From the NCBI GenBank assembly GCA_900545055.1, contig UQXP01000003.1:11335-75334 (forward strand): a DNA stretch of 64,000 nucleotides, given 5' to 3'. The notes below the pieces were generated by a model. The model saw only the letters and a list, made by a program, of their open reading frames with translations. It was not told the DNA's origin and did not search any database. Every line of letters begins with the position of its first letter. Position 1 is the first letter of the stretch. The translations under genes were made by a program, and so were the position numbers. Below are positions 47,921-58,397 of the stretch, piece after piece. This stretch comes from an uncultured Collinsella sp. (GTDB lineage: Bacteria > Actinomycetota > Coriobacteriia > Coriobacteriales > Coriobacteriaceae).

Positions 47921-49045
47921 ATGGCACGTGTGCACAACTTCTCAGCTGGCCCGGCCGCGCTGCCCACAAGCGTGCTCGCCGAGATCGCCGACGAGATGAT
48001 GGACTACCGCGGTTGCGGCATGTCCGTGCTCGAGATGAGCCATCGATCTAGCATGTACCAGCAGATCATCGACGACGCTGAGGCGACCCTGCGCCGCCTG
48101 CTGAGCATCCCCGACAACTACCGCGTCCTGTTTTTGCAGGGCGGCGCCACGCTGCAGTTTGCGGGCATCCCCATGAACCTCATGCGCCGCGGCCGCGCCG
48201 GCTACGTCGTGACCGGCAACTTTGCCAATAAGGCGTACAAGGAGGCCGCCAAGTACGGTGAGGCCGTGCTGCTCGCGAGCTCCGAGGACACCAACTTCGA
48301 CCGCATCCCCGACATGGCCGACATCAACGCGCGCATTGCCACCGAGGCCGCAGGCGACGGGCTCGACTACGTCTACATCTGCCAGAACAACACCATCTTT
48401 GGCACCATGTACCACGAGCTGCCCGCTTGCGGCGACGTACCGCTGGTCGCAGATGTCTCGAGCTGCTTTCTGTCGCAGCCGCTCGATGTTGAGCGCTACG
48501 GGCTCATCTACGCCGGCGCGCAGAAAAACGCCGGCGCCGCGGGCGTGACCGTGGTTATCGTGCGCGACGACCTCATCGCCGACGGCCCCGCCTTTGCGCA
48601 GACGCCGCAGTACATAGACCTTAAGACCCAGGCCGCCAAGGGCTCCATGCTCAACACGCCCAACACCTTTGGCATCTACGTGTGCGGCAAGGTGTTCCGG
48701 TGGGTCGAGGAGACCGGCGGACTTGCCGCCATGGCCGAGCGCAACTGGGCCAAGGCCAACCTGCTCTACAACCTGCTCGAGAACAGCGAGCTGTTCCACG
48801 GCACCACGCAGGAGGACAGCCGCTCCATCGCCAACGTCACCTTCCGCACCGGCGATGCCGACCTCGACGCCGCCTTTGTCGCAGGCGCGGCCGACCATCA
48901 GATTCAAAACGTCAAAGGCCATCGCCTGGTGGGCGGCATGCGCGCCAGCGTCTACAACGCCGTAACCATGGAAGACGTGCAGGCACTGGCCTCGTACATG
49001 AAGGACTTCGAAGCGCAGCGTAGTTTGAGCCCGCGATCTAACTAG
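47921..49045 (+). CDS. serC: Phosphoserine aminotransferase
   Basis: NFSAGPA, EMSHRS, LQGGA, GAQKN and GHRLVGGMRAS motifs. Confidence 0.96.
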   Translation: MARVHNFSAGPAALPTSVLAEIADEMMDYRGCGMSVLEMSHRSSMYQQIIDDAEATLRRLLSIPDNYRVLFLQGGATLQFAGIPMNLMRRGRAGYVVTGNFANKAYKEAAKYGEAVLLASSEDTNFDRIPDMADINARIATEAAGDGLDYVYICQNNTIFGTMYHELPACGDVPLVADVSSCFLSQPLDVERYGLIYAGAQKNAGAAGVTVVIVRDDLIADGPAFAQTPQYIDLKTQAAKGSMLNTPNTFGIYVCGKVFRWVEETGGLAAMAERNWAKANLLYNLLENSELFHGTTQEDSRSIANVTFRTGDADLDAAFVAGAADHQIQNVKGHRLVGGMRASVYNAVTMEDVQALASYMKDFEAQRSLSPRSN

Positions 49046-49114
49046 CCCGCAGCACGCGGGCCGACCAGCCACTTCAAACCACTTGTTTTAAACAAACCCG
49101 CTAAGGAGTTTTTC

Positions 49115-50278
49115 ATGCGCAAGATTAAGACCATCGACGACATTACCAAGGATGGCAAAGTCGAGTTTGGCGAGGGCTACGAGTTTGTGAGCACCGCCGA
49201 GGAGGCCGACGCGATCCTGATGCGCTCGACCGACCTGCACGGCTACGAGCTGCCCGAGGGCATCCGCGCCATCGCCCGCTGCGGCGCCGGCGTCAACAAC
49301 ATCCCCGTCGAGGAGTACGCCAAGAAGGGCGTCGTCGTCTTCAACTCCCCCGGCGCCAACAGCAACGCCGTCAAGGAGCTCGTCCTAGGCATGCTGGTGC
49401 TCTCGAGCCGCGGCGTGGTGCAATCGATGAACTGGGTGCGCGACAACGCCGACGACCCCGAGATTCAGGTCGATGCCGAGAAGGCCAAGAAGGCCTTTGT
49501 GGGCCGCGAGCTCAAGGGCAAGCGCATCGGCGTCATCGGCCTGGGCAACGTGGGCTCCAAGGTCGCCAACGCCTGCGTCGACCTAGGCATGGACGTTTAC
49601 GGCTACGACCCGTTCATTTCCGTCGAGCACGCGTGGGTGCTGAGCCGCGAGGTGCAGCGTGTGGGCACGCTCGAGGATCTCTGCCGCGGCTGCGACTACC
49701 TCACCGTACACGTGCCCAGCAAGGCCGACACCATCGGCATGATCAGCACCGAGCAGATTAACCTGCTGGCACCCGACGCCGTGCTCATCAACTACGCACG
49801 CGAGACCATCATTGACGAGGACGCCGTCGACGCTGCCCTGCGCGAGGGCAAGCTGAGCTGGTTTAGCTGCGACTTTGCCACGCCCAAGACCGTCAAGATG
49901 CCCAACACGTTTATCACCACGCACTCGGGCGCCGGCACTGGCGAGGCCGAGGCCAACTGCGCCGATATGGCCATCAGCGAGCTCAAGGATTACCTGGAGA
50001 ACGGCAACATCGCACATAGCGTCAACTACCCCGCCTGCAGCATGGGCAAGGCGCGCGCCGCAAGCCGCATCGCCTGCCTGCACGCCAACGTGCCCAACAT
50101 GATCGGCCAGATCACGGCCATTCTCGCCAAGGACAACGCCAACGTGCAGCGTATGACCAACGAGTCCGCCGGCGAGAACGCCTACACCATGTTCGACACC
50201 GACGAACACCTGGACAGCAGCACCATCGAGACGCTCAAGCAGATTCCGTCGATGTATCGCGTGCGCGTGATCAAATAG
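49115..50278 (+). CDS. serA: D-3-phosphoglycerate dehydrogenase with ACT domain
   Basis: ARCGAGVNNIP, GLGNVG and LINYAR motifs; C-terminal HANVPNMIGQIT ACT domain; follows serC. Confidence 0.92.
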   Translation: MRKIKTIDDITKDGKVEFGEGYEFVSTAEEADAILMRSTDLHGYELPEGIRAIARCGAGVNNIPVEEYAKKGVVVFNSPGANSNAVKELVLGMLVLSSRGVVQSMNWVRDNADDPEIQVDAEKAKKAFVGRELKGKRIGVIGLGNVGSKVANACVDLGMDVYGYDPFISVEHAWVLSREVQRVGTLEDLCRGCDYLTVHVPSKADTIGMISTEQINLLAPDAVLINYARETIIDEDAVDAALREGKLSWFSCDFATPKTVKMPNTFITTHSGAGTGEAEANCADMAISELKDYLENGNIAHSVNYPACSMGKARAASRIACLHANVPNMIGQITAILAKDNANVQRMTNESAGENAYTMFDTDEHLDSSTIETLKQIPSMYRVRVIK

Positions 50279-50340
50279 CGCCGGCTGATCTGACGGGCAG
50301 TTCCCCATGTGGCCCGCCCGTCGCTGACATTGAATGCCCG

Positions 50341-50377
50341 CGGGGGCGCCTTTCGCACGAGAGGCGCCCCCGTTTTT
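50341..50377 (+). terminator. Intrinsic terminator
   Basis: CGGGGGCGCCT...AGGCGCCCCCG followed by TTTTT. Confidence 0.85.
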
Positions 50378-50455
50378 GTGAGCACTCCATTAAATGCACC
50401 GAGCCGCTTCTTGGCATACAATCTGTATGTTGACCTAACTATCTGTGAGGTGCCT

Positions 50456-51676
50456 ATGGTTGATACAGATTTTGCTTGGCGGCTTACGCAAGGACTCGTG
50501 CGGATCGACAGCTCAGACCCGGGTGCGTATGAGGACGAAATTGAGCGCTATATCAAAGCGTTGGTTGAGGAACGGTTGGCGCAGCTGAGCCATCCGGTGC
50601 TCCATGCCGTGCAGGTTGAGGAGCTCGAGGTGCTGCCCGGGCGCCGCAACCTTATGGTCACCGTGCCGGGACTGAGCGACGAGCCACGGCTCGTCTATAT
50701 CTGCCATATGGATACCGTTACGCTGGGCGATGGCTGGGACGCGGACATTCCGCCGCTCGGAGCGATCGTGCGCAACGATAAACTCTATGGCCGCGGTGCC
50801 TGCGATATGAAGGGTGGCCTGGCCTGCGCCATTGCCGCATTGGTCCATACGCTCGAGCGCGTGACGGCAGAAGGCGAGCTGCCCCGCCGCGGCTTCTCAC
50901 TCATTTGCTCGGTCGACGAGGAGGACTTTATGCGCGGCTCAGAGGCCGCGATCGATGCCGGCTGGGTCGGCTCGCGTGAATGGGTGCTGGACACCGAGCC
51001 CACCGACGGACAGATCCAGGTGGCGCACAAGGGGCGTACGTGGTTCGAGATTGAAATGGCTGGCGTGACGGCGCATGCGAGCCAGCCCTGGAAGGGCGCG
51101 GATGCCGTCGCCGCCATGGCCGAGGCCGTGTGTTCACTCCGTCGCGCGTTTGTGACGCTGCCCGCGCACGATGAGCTGGGGCCTTCGACCATCACGTTTG
51201 GCCAAATCGAGGGCGGATATCGCCCCTATGTCGTGCCAGACCATGCCAAGGTCTGGGTCGACATGCGCCTGACCCCGCCGACCGACACCGCGGCCGTGGT
51301 CCGGATGGTGGAGCAAGCCATCGCCGGCGCCGAAGCCGCGGTCCCCGGTTGCCATGGAAGCTATACCGTGACAGGCGACCGCCCCGCTATCGAGCGCGAT
51401 CCGGCCTCTCCCCTTCTAGCAGCGCTCAAGCGTGCCGCCGATGACGTGACGGACGCAGACACGACCGTCGGCTTCTTTACCGGCTACACCGACACCGCCG
51501 TCATTGCCGGCAAGACGGGCAACCGCAATTGCATGAGCTACGGTCCCGGGTCGCTTGCGCTCGCGCACAAGCCCAACGAATATGTGCCCCACGCCGATAT
51601 CGTTCGTTGTCAGAACGTGCTCATCGCGCTCGCCGACAACGTGCTCTGGGACGCGAGCAGCCAAGTTGGGGCATAA
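50456..51676 (+). CDS. M20 metallopeptidase (ArgE/DapE family)
   Basis: HMDTV, YGRGACDMKGG, DEE, EPT and AHKPNE motifs. Confidence 0.92.
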   Translation: MVDTDFAWRLTQGLVRIDSSDPGAYEDEIERYIKALVEERLAQLSHPVLHAVQVEELEVLPGRRNLMVTVPGLSDEPRLVYICHMDTVTLGDGWDADIPPLGAIVRNDKLYGRGACDMKGGLACAIAALVHTLERVTAEGELPRRGFSLICSVDEEDFMRGSEAAIDAGWVGSREWVLDTEPTDGQIQVAHKGRTWFEIEMAGVTAHASQPWKGADAVAAMAEAVCSLRRAFVTLPAHDELGPSTITFGQIEGGYRPYVVPDHAKVWVDMRLTPPTDTAAVVRMVEQAIAGAEAAVPGCHGSYTVTGDRPAIERDPASPLLAALKRAADDVTDADTTVGFFTGYTDTAVIAGKTGNRNCMSYGPGSLALAHKPNEYVPHADIVRCQNVLIALADNVLWDASSQVGA

Positions 51677-51715
51677 TAAGCCGCGAACAAACCGACTCAC
51701 ACGTTAGGACCGCCC

Positions 51716-52399
51716 ATGAAAGCACTTCCGTTTCCCTGCATCCGCCCGGCTCAGGACCGCGTGCTCGAGGCGCTACCTGCAATGGGCAGCATCCTGAGCG
51801 GCAACGATGCTCTGCGCGGAGCCATTGCCGATGGTCTGATGCTCAAGGACCCGGGTGCGGCGTATTACGTGTACGAATGCTCGGGCGAGCCGGGACGTGT
51901 GACGGGTGTCGTGGCGATCTGCCCGACGAGTGTACTTGCGGGCAGCAAGGGCGATGCCAGCGCCGACGTGGCCGCCGCCGCGCGCGCGATCGCCGAGCTC
52001 AAGGTGCAGCCGCGCCCCGTGTCGCTCGCCTACGAGGCCTCGCCCGTCATGGATATCATCCTGGGCGCCGCCAAAGAGGGCGCGTCGCTCTACGCCGTCA
52101 CCGACCCCGCGGGCATTACGCACCGCGCGTGGGAGGTCAAGCGCGAGGACGCCGTCGGGGCCATCCGCGCTATGCTCGACCAAGCACCGGAGCCGGCACT
52201 GACCGACGACCCCGCCTACGCCGCCGCTCTGACCGGGGCGTCGCAGCTGCTGGCCGATGAGGCCCGTGCCGTCGGAACGTACACCGGCAAGGAGCCGTTC
52301 AACTTTACCGTTGCCGTGCTCTTCCCCGCCGCGCAGGTCAGCGGCGCCGCGCCGCAAGTTCCGACAGGTCTGCTCACGCACCAGGTCGCGCGGTTCTAG
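51716..52399 (+). CDS. DUF1015-like protein (short form)
   Basis: Begins MKALPFPCIRP; 'YYVYE', 'QPRPVSLAY', 'GITHRAW' and C-terminal 'TGLLTH' resemble DUF1015 proteins, which commonly accompany serC/serA. Confidence 0.6.
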   Translation: MKALPFPCIRPAQDRVLEALPAMGSILSGNDALRGAIADGLMLKDPGAAYYVYECSGEPGRVTGVVAICPTSVLAGSKGDASADVAAAARAIAELKVQPRPVSLAYEASPVMDIILGAAKEGASLYAVTDPAGITHRAWEVKREDAVGAIRAMLDQAPEPALTDDPAYAAALTGASQLLADEARAVGTYTGKEPFNFTVAVLFPAAQVSGAAPQVPTGLLTHQVARF

Positions 52400-52443
52400 C
52401 AAGACCAGACCGCCCAGCACAAAAATCGGCAGCTCAACAAACA

Positions 52444-52485
52444 GGGGGCGGAGATGCAGCAGGTACATGCATCTCCGCCCCTTTT
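52444..52485. terminator. Terminator between convergent genes
   Basis: GGGGCGGAGATGCA...TGCATCTCCGCCCC followed by TTTT. Confidence 0.8.
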
Positions 52486-52527
52486 GCGTCGAGAAGTATG
52501 CCGGCGACCCGTGCCGTCGCGCTCGCG

Positions 52528-53163
52528 TTATCCGCGCTGCGGACCCGCAGTAGCCACGAGCGGTTCAAGCCCCAGCTCGCGCGCGTAATCCTCCTGCGTA
52601 AAGACTTCGACCAGTTCAAACGTATCGGCCGCATCGTCAAACGCAAAATGCAGCACCGAGCAGTTGCCCGGCACGCGTTCGCGCTCGTCGGCCGCCGCGC
52701 CCCGCACGTGGTCCAAAAACTCCTTGATAGCCGAGCCGTGGCTCACCGCGAGCACGCACTCGTGGTCCGGACGCTGCATAAGCTCGGTCAGCGTCGCCAC
52801 CATGCGCTCGCGCACCTGCATCTGGCCCTCGCCGCCAAACTGGCGATAGAAGTCGCGCCACGGGCGCTCGGGCATAAGCATCACGCGCTCGGCCTCAAAG
52901 TCGCCAAAGAACCACTCACGCAGGCCGTCCAGGCGCTCGTACGCCAAGCCCGGCCACAAGTTGGCGATAGTCTGCTCGGTGCGATGAAGCGTGGAGGTGT
53001 ATGCATGATCGGGCTCAATGCCGCGCGCACGTAAAAACATGCCGGCGCGCGCCGCCTGGTCGCAACCCAACTGCGTAAGCGGCGAGTCACTCCACCCCTG
53101 AATGATACGCTTGAGGTTGAATATCGTCTGTCCATGACGGACCAGATACAGATCTTTATTCAT
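52528..53163 (-). CDS. Histidine phosphatase (phosphoglycerate mutase-like)
   Basis: LVRHGQT, QGWSDSPLT, LREW.FG and VSHG motifs. Confidence 0.92.
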   Translation of the reverse strand: MNKDLYLVRHGQTIFNLKRIIQGWSDSPLTQLGCDQAARAGMFLRARGIEPDHAYTSTLHRTEQTIANLWPGLAYERLDGLREWFFGDFEAERVMLMPERPWRDFYRQFGGEGQMQVRERMVATLTELMQRPDHECVLAVSHGSAIKEFLDHVRGAAADERERVPGNCSVLHFAFDDAADTFELVEVFTQEDYARELGLEPLVATAGPQRG

Positions 53164-53180
53164 AGGGGTCCTTTCGTTCG

Positions 53181-53723
53181 TTACCAACCCAAGAGCGAAA
53201 ACGCCCCGTCGCAATAGCCAAAATGAAGCACGGCACCGTTGTCGGGTAGCTCTCCCCCGCCAGTCACATACTCAAGAAACTCCTGGCAGGCTGAGCCGTG
53301 GGAAACCGCCAGCACGCAGTCGTGCTGCGGCCTGGCCATGATGCGGGACAGCGCCGCGACCATGCGCGACTGAAGCTGCACTTCCGACTCGCCGCCAAAG
53401 GCCACCGGATAATCGCCCCAGGGCTGCGGCGGCATCTCGCGATTTGATGTGCCCTCCAGCGAGCCAAAATGCCACTCACGCAGGTCATCGACCAGCTCAA
53501 TGGAACGGCCCTCGCCAACGATAAGCTCGGCCGTATGCCGCGCCCGGCCCAACGGCGAGGAATACACATGATCAAAGGCCACGCCACGCGCCGCAAACGC
53601 CGTACGCGCCGTCAGCGCCTGCTCGCGCCCGCGCGCCGTAAGCGGCGAATCGTGCCAGCCCTGCAAAATGCTCTGCACATTGAGCTCAGTCTGCCCATGC
53701 CGCACCAAATACAGATCTGCCAC
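53181..53723 (-). CDS. Histidine phosphatase (paralog of the neighbouring gene)
   Basis: LVRHGQT, QGWHDSPLT, SSPLGRA and VSHG motifs; GTG start after GGGAGGG. Confidence 0.9.
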   Translation of the reverse strand: MADLYLVRHGQTELNVQSILQGWHDSPLTARGREQALTARTAFAARGVAFDHVYSSPLGRARHTAELIVGEGRSIELVDDLREWHFGSLEGTSNREMPPQPWGDYPVAFGGESEVQLQSRMVAALSRIMARPQHDCVLAVSHGSACQEFLEYVTGGGELPDNGAVLHFGYCDGAFSLLGW

Positions 53724-53738
53724 ACACCCTCCCCTCGT

Positions 53739-53775
53739 ACCACCACAAAGGGGACAGGCACCTTTGTGGTGGTTT
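53739..53775 (+). repeat. Family A REP-like palindrome (copy 7)
   Basis: ACCACCACAAAGGGGACAGGCACCTTTGTGGTGGT. Confidence 0.93.
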
Positions 53776-53805
53776 ACCGTCTGATCACGCCGCGATGACG
53801 CTCAA

Positions 53806-54477
53806 CTACACCAGCACGTCGGCGAGCGAACGCTTGGGTACGTGGTGCACCTGCGCCTCGTCGCGCCAATAATTGATGGAGCCGTCGGGGTTGGAATCGA
53901 TCGCATCAATCACCTGTGTCTCGGCCGGAACGCCAAACGCCATGATCAGCTTGAGCTCATACTTGTCGTTATCGAGCCCCATGGCATCGATCGCGCGGGG
54001 CGTAAAGGCCTTGAACATGCAGGCTGCCACCTCGGGCATGGCGCTGCGGGCGGCGAGCATCATCGTCTGCGCGGCAATGCCCGTGTCGACCTCGGTAATG
54101 GGAGCGGCAGGCTTGCCCGGAACGGCGCGCTCGGCCAGAATCGCGATGTAGCCGGTCGGGCGCTCGCCCTCGGCAGGACCCGGCCAATCCTTAAGCGCGC
54201 CGGCCCATGCAAGCTCGTCAAACACGCGCGCGCAGTCCTCGGCACCGCTCACCACATGAAAACGAAGACGTTGAGCATTGGCACCACAGGGAGCTAGGTG
54301 AGCCAGTTCCGCCAGCTCGAGCAAAAACTCACGCGGCACGCGCATGGACTCGTCAAAGCGACGGCACGTGCGGGCGCGACGAACCAGCGCATCAAACGCG
54401 TCCAAGCCGAGCTTTTCGCAACCCTGTTTTGCCATCGATTCGACACTCGACGGTGCCTCGGGAACTGCTTCGTTCAT
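53806..54477 (-). CDS. Nitroreductase family protein
   Basis: RTCRRF, APCGANAQ, DTGIAAQ and HVPKRSL motifs; start uncertain. Confidence 0.88.
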   Translation of the reverse strand: MNEAVPEAPSSVESMAKQGCEKLGLDAFDALVRRARTCRRFDESMRVPREFLLELAELAHLAPCGANAQRLRFHVVSGAEDCARVFDELAWAGALKDWPGPAEGERPTGYIAILAERAVPGKPAAPITEVDTGIAAQTMMLAARSAMPEVAACMFKAFTPRAIDAMGLDNDKYELKLIMAFGVPAETQVIDAIDSNPDGSINYWRDEAQVHHVPKRSLADVLV

Positions 54478-54712
54478 AGGGACCCCCAATACAAGCCAAT
54501 TGTCCTTAGGAGAATCTAACCCAAAACGTAGGCAATAACGAACAGGGCTGCAATGTTCTACACCTGTTGAATAGAAAATCGAGACGTGGGGAACAACGGA
54601 AACAATTCGGGACCTTTGGGTTACGTTTCGCCCTCCCCGACCCATACGCCAGCGCCTTTAGGCGATACTGGTTGTAACAATCAAGGCTTACGCCGCACGG
54701 AAAGGAGGCATT

Positions 54713-55315
54713 ATGGGCATCTTTAAGAACGATGACCAAAAATCGAGCCAGTTTGGATTTGACGAGAAAAGCATGGCAGGCAAGGCCGTCAAGGCCGTGC
54801 GCTGGATTTACGCCATCACGGGCGTCTTGGCGCTCGTCGCCGGCATCGCACTGCTGTTTGCGCCCGCCAAGTCCCTCGTCTTCCTAACGACCGTCTTGGG
54901 CTTCTACTTTGTGATCACGGCCGCGATCAGGCTGTTTACCGCTGTTTTCGAGCCGCTGCTGCCCACCGGCTGGCGCGTGACGAGCATCATCTCCAACCTA
55001 CTCATTATCTTGGGCGGCGTCATAATCCTGCGCAACCAGGCCTTCTCGACCGCGACGCTCACCACGATGGTGGTTATCGTGGCCGGCTTTGGCTGGATCG
55101 TCGAAGGTGTCATGTCCATTCTGGAGTCCGAGCTTTCGTCCAACCGTGCCCTCGCCATCCTGAGCGGCGCGCTCTCCATCATCGCCGGCATGTTCGTGTT
55201 TATCTATCCGCTGTGGTCGGCCAAGATGCTCGTCATCTTTAGCGGCGCCGCACTGCTGGTGTTTGGCGTAACGCTGATTGTTCGCGCTATTCAATTTGGC
55301 AAACTGGTGCACTAG
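54713..55315 (+). CDS. HdeD/DUF308 family membrane protein
   Basis: Six TM helices in a repeated two-helix pattern; SD AAGGAGG. Confidence 0.8.
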   Translation: MGIFKNDDQKSSQFGFDEKSMAGKAVKAVRWIYAITGVLALVAGIALLFAPAKSLVFLTTVLGFYFVITAAIRLFTAVFEPLLPTGWRVTSIISNLLIILGGVIILRNQAFSTATLTTMVVIVAGFGWIVEGVMSILESELSSNRALAILSGALSIIAGMFVFIYPLWSAKMLVIFSGAALLVFGVTLIVRAIQFGKLVH

Positions 55316-55798
55316 ATGCTGCGAACGCTCTTTATTGATGCCGACGCCTGCCCGGTCACGCGCGAGTCGATTGACTGCGCGCGGCGGGCGGGCGTCGCCG
55401 TTGTTATCGCCGGCAACAGCACGCAAAACCTGGAACGGCACATTCGCCGCGACGACCCGCGCGATGACGAGCACGCGCGACGCGGCTTTTGGGTCACGAC
55501 GCTCGATGTGAGCGTGGGCGCCGACAGCGCCGACTTCGCCATTGTCGAACGCCTGCAGGCGGGCGACGTAGTCGTGACGCAGGACATTGGCTTGGCGAGC
55601 ATGGTGCTCGGGCGCGATGCCGCCGCCATCGGTGTGCGCGGGCGCGTCTACGACAAAGCGACCATCGACATGCAACTGTTTATTCGCCACGAGGAAAAGA
55701 AGGTGCGCCGCGCCGGCGGTCGCACTCGCGGTCCGGCGGCATTTACCAGCGAAGACCGCGCCCGCTTTAAACGCAACCTCACCGAGCTGTTACGCTAA
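55316..55798 (+). CDS. YaiI/YqxD (UPF0178) family protein
   Basis: IDADACPV, DSADF, VVTQDIGLA and GGRTRGP motifs. Confidence 0.9.
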   Translation: MLRTLFIDADACPVTRESIDCARRAGVAVVIAGNSTQNLERHIRRDDPRDDEHARRGFWVTTLDVSVGADSADFAIVERLQAGDVVVTQDIGLASMVLGRDAAAIGVRGRVYDKATIDMQLFIRHEEKKVRRAGGRTRGPAAFTSEDRARFKRNLTELLR

Positions 55799-55817
55799 AC
55801 AAGGTAGATTTTTGGGC

Positions 55818-56906
55818 TTAGAGACCAAAGGCGGAAAGAACGAGTCCCCAACCGGCGCCGATGACGTACATCATGACCAGGAACATGACGTTCTCGCGGG
55901 CACTGCGGTTGGTGCGGAACAACACCAGGTAGCCCACGCCGGCGGAGATAAGCGTGCCGGCGAGCATCGGTGCCAGCTGTAGCGCGCCCTCCAGGTACAG
56001 CTGCGTAATGACCACGCTCGCCGAGCAGTTGGGGATCAGGCCGACAAGCGCCGAACCCAGGACGGCGAGCGTCTCGTTGCCACGCAGGAACTGCTCGATC
56101 GCGGACTCGCCGAAGGTCTCGAGCACGGCGACCAGAATCAGCGTCACCAGAAAAATGAATACCGATACCTGCACGGTGTGCGAGATGGCGCTGCGAATAA
56201 TCGACAGGAGGGGCGCGCCCTCGTGAGAGTGGGAGTGACCGTGGCCATCATGGTGTTCATGCTCGCCCCCATGACCGTGATCGTGTCCATGTCCGTGTTC
56301 GTGCTCGTCCTCGTCTTCATCACAACCGCAATGGTCGCGCTCGCACAGCTCGTGGATGTGGTCGGCGCTCACGCCTGCCTCGGCCACCTCGTCGATGATG
56401 TCACCACCGCTGTGGTCGTCGTGCGCGCAGTTCACGTGGGCCGAGTTGGTCGCGGTTCCCAGCACGGTACGGCGAATCGCCGCGTGCGCGCGGGCGTTAC
56501 GGCGCAGGCCGCGAATGGCAGCGTCCACGATAAAACCCGTGACCAGTGCGATCAGCGCTTTCGAAGCCAAAAGCATCGCCATAGTCTGCACGGGAACCTG
56601 CTCGGCAAGTAGCAGCGGCAGCATCTCGTCGGAGGTCGAAAGGAACACCGCCACCAACGTGCCCAAGGTCACGACACGGCCGGCGTACAGCGTTGCTGCC
56701 ATGGCCGAAAATCCGCACTGCGGCACCATGCCCAGCAGCGAGCCAACCACGGGACCCGCAGCGCCGGCGCGCTTGATAGCGCCGTTGACGCGGTCGCCCG
56801 CAACGTGCTCAAGTGTCTCGAGAGCAAGATACGTCACCAACAAAAACGGCACCAGCGACAGCGTGTCCTTGCCGGCGTCGAGCAGAATATCAATCAGTAA
56901 ATCCAT
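55818..56906 (-). CDS. Putative manganese transporter with His-rich loop
   Basis: PQCGFS, STSDE and IPNCSAS motifs; His/Asp/Cys-rich loop; DtxR-type box upstream. Confidence 0.82.
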   Translation of the reverse strand: MDLLIDILLDAGKDTLSLVPFLLVTYLALETLEHVAGDRVNGAIKRAGAAGPVVGSLLGMVPQCGFSAMAATLYAGRVVTLGTLVAVFLSTSDEMLPLLLAEQVPVQTMAMLLASKALIALVTGFIVDAAIRGLRRNARAHAAIRRTVLGTATNSAHVNCAHDDHSGGDIIDEVAEAGVSADHIHELCERDHCGCDEDEDEHEHGHGHDHGHGGEHEHHDGHGHSHSHEGAPLLSIIRSAISHTVQVSVFIFLVTLILVAVLETFGESAIEQFLRGNETLAVLGSALVGLIPNCSASVVITQLYLEGALQLAPMLAGTLISAGVGYLVLFRTNRSARENVMFLVMMYVIGAGWGLVLSAFGL

Positions 56907-56995
56907 GACGGATGGAACCTTTCGTGTCTTTCGGCAGCATTGTAAAAGTCCTAGCGGTCAACTAGGGTATTGTAGTTGTCCCGGGCGCGGTGCCA

Positions 56996-57017
56996 ATAGT
57001 TGCCCATGGTAAACTAT
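56996..57017. promoter_or_regulatory. DtxR/MntR-type operator
   Basis: ATAGTTGCCCATGGTAAACTAT palindrome (18/22 symmetric) upstream of the transporter. Confidence 0.65.
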
Positions 57018-57077
57018 CATCTCGCCATAACTCAGTAACCTCGAGCCGCACAACGCGGCCCGTCCAAGGAGTAGCAT

Positions 57078-58046
57078 ATGAACGTATCGCAAGCACTCGA
57101 ATACGAGCGCCAGCCGTTTATCCCCATGTTTATCTACGGCGACCACGGCGCCATGGAGTCCGAGCGCCAGAAGGGCGAGGAGGCCCTCAAGGTGCTCGAA
57201 ACCGAGTACTTTACCGCCGAGGGCGACCCCGGCTTCGACTTTGCCACCGTGCGCGACCTGGCTGACCGCAACCGCGACCTGTGCGACCAGATTGGCGAGG
57301 CACGCCTGCGCAACGTGACGCCCGCGACGCTTTCGCGCGGCCTGTCCGATGCCGACACCTGCGCGGCCATCGGTAAGATGCAAAAGCGCACCGCCGCGTC
57401 GGTCATGCGCGAGATCCGCGGCGACCGCGACGCGCTCGGCGTGGCCTACGCCCGCAAGCCCATCCAGGGCACCGTGCTCGGTATCGACATCGAGACCACC
57501 GGCCGTGCACCCGAGCGCGGCTACATCATCAACGTGGGCTGGGAGATCATGGAGCTCACCAGCGACGCCGTCCCGCACGACGCCGAGGCACACTACTGCG
57601 GCCTGCCCGACATCTACCGCGGCGAGGATGTGCCGTTGTCGAATATCCACCACATCACCTGGGACGACATCGACGGCAAAAAGCCGTTCCGCGAGAACAA
57701 GGAACTGCAGAAGCAGCTGCTCAAGCTTATGAAGAAGTACCCGTACATGGCGCATAACGCCGCGTTCGAAGACAGTTGGTTCAAGATCCACCTGGACGGT
57801 TACGCCGAGGCACGCCGCGCCGGCAAGATCATCGTCATCGACTCGCGCCAGATCTGCCGCAGCTTGGATGCCGACGTCCGCTCGCTCCCCCGCGAATCCG
57901 CGCCCGCCGCGCTCGAGAACTGGGCCCGCCGCCGCGGCACCCTCGCCGCCGACGCCAACGAGCAGCACCTGGGCCTCGACGACACCGACCTCATGCTCCG
58001 CACCGTCCAAGCCGAGTTCAACCTCAAGAACCTGTTTGCCAAGTAG
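57078..58046 (+). CDS. DEDDh 3'-5' exonuclease domain protein
   Basis: GIDIETTG, AHNAAFE, DS and H.GLDD motifs. Confidence 0.85.
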   Translation: MNVSQALEYERQPFIPMFIYGDHGAMESERQKGEEALKVLETEYFTAEGDPGFDFATVRDLADRNRDLCDQIGEARLRNVTPATLSRGLSDADTCAAIGKMQKRTAASVMREIRGDRDALGVAYARKPIQGTVLGIDIETTGRAPERGYIINVGWEIMELTSDAVPHDAEAHYCGLPDIYRGEDVPLSNIHHITWDDIDGKKPFRENKELQKQLLKLMKKYPYMAHNAAFEDSWFKIHLDGYAEARRAGKIIVIDSRQICRSLDADVRSLPRESAPAALENWARRRGTLAADANEQHLGLDDTDLMLRTVQAEFNLKNLFAK

Positions 58047-58397
58047 AAACGTCTACGACAAACTCCGGCGTAGATCACGAGCGGCCTCGCAGCGGGAAAC
58101 CCCGCAGCGGGGCCGCCCTACGTTCCACAGATAGATCTGCCATCACAAATTCTGAACCCTCATTTTGAACGATTTCGACCAATTCCCAACACGCAATTCG
58201 TTGTCGGATGGTAATACATCGATATCAAATGTGCAGCAATTGAGTATTTATATGCTATAGCTAAGCTGCGAAAACTTTTATTTAGGGCATGCCAACCCAT
58301 AATTGCGTCAAGCTTTTGGACAGCATTTGGTTAGACCTCTAAAACGACTTTTCCACTCAGCGCCATCAACACGGCATTAGCTGACACGATATATACC

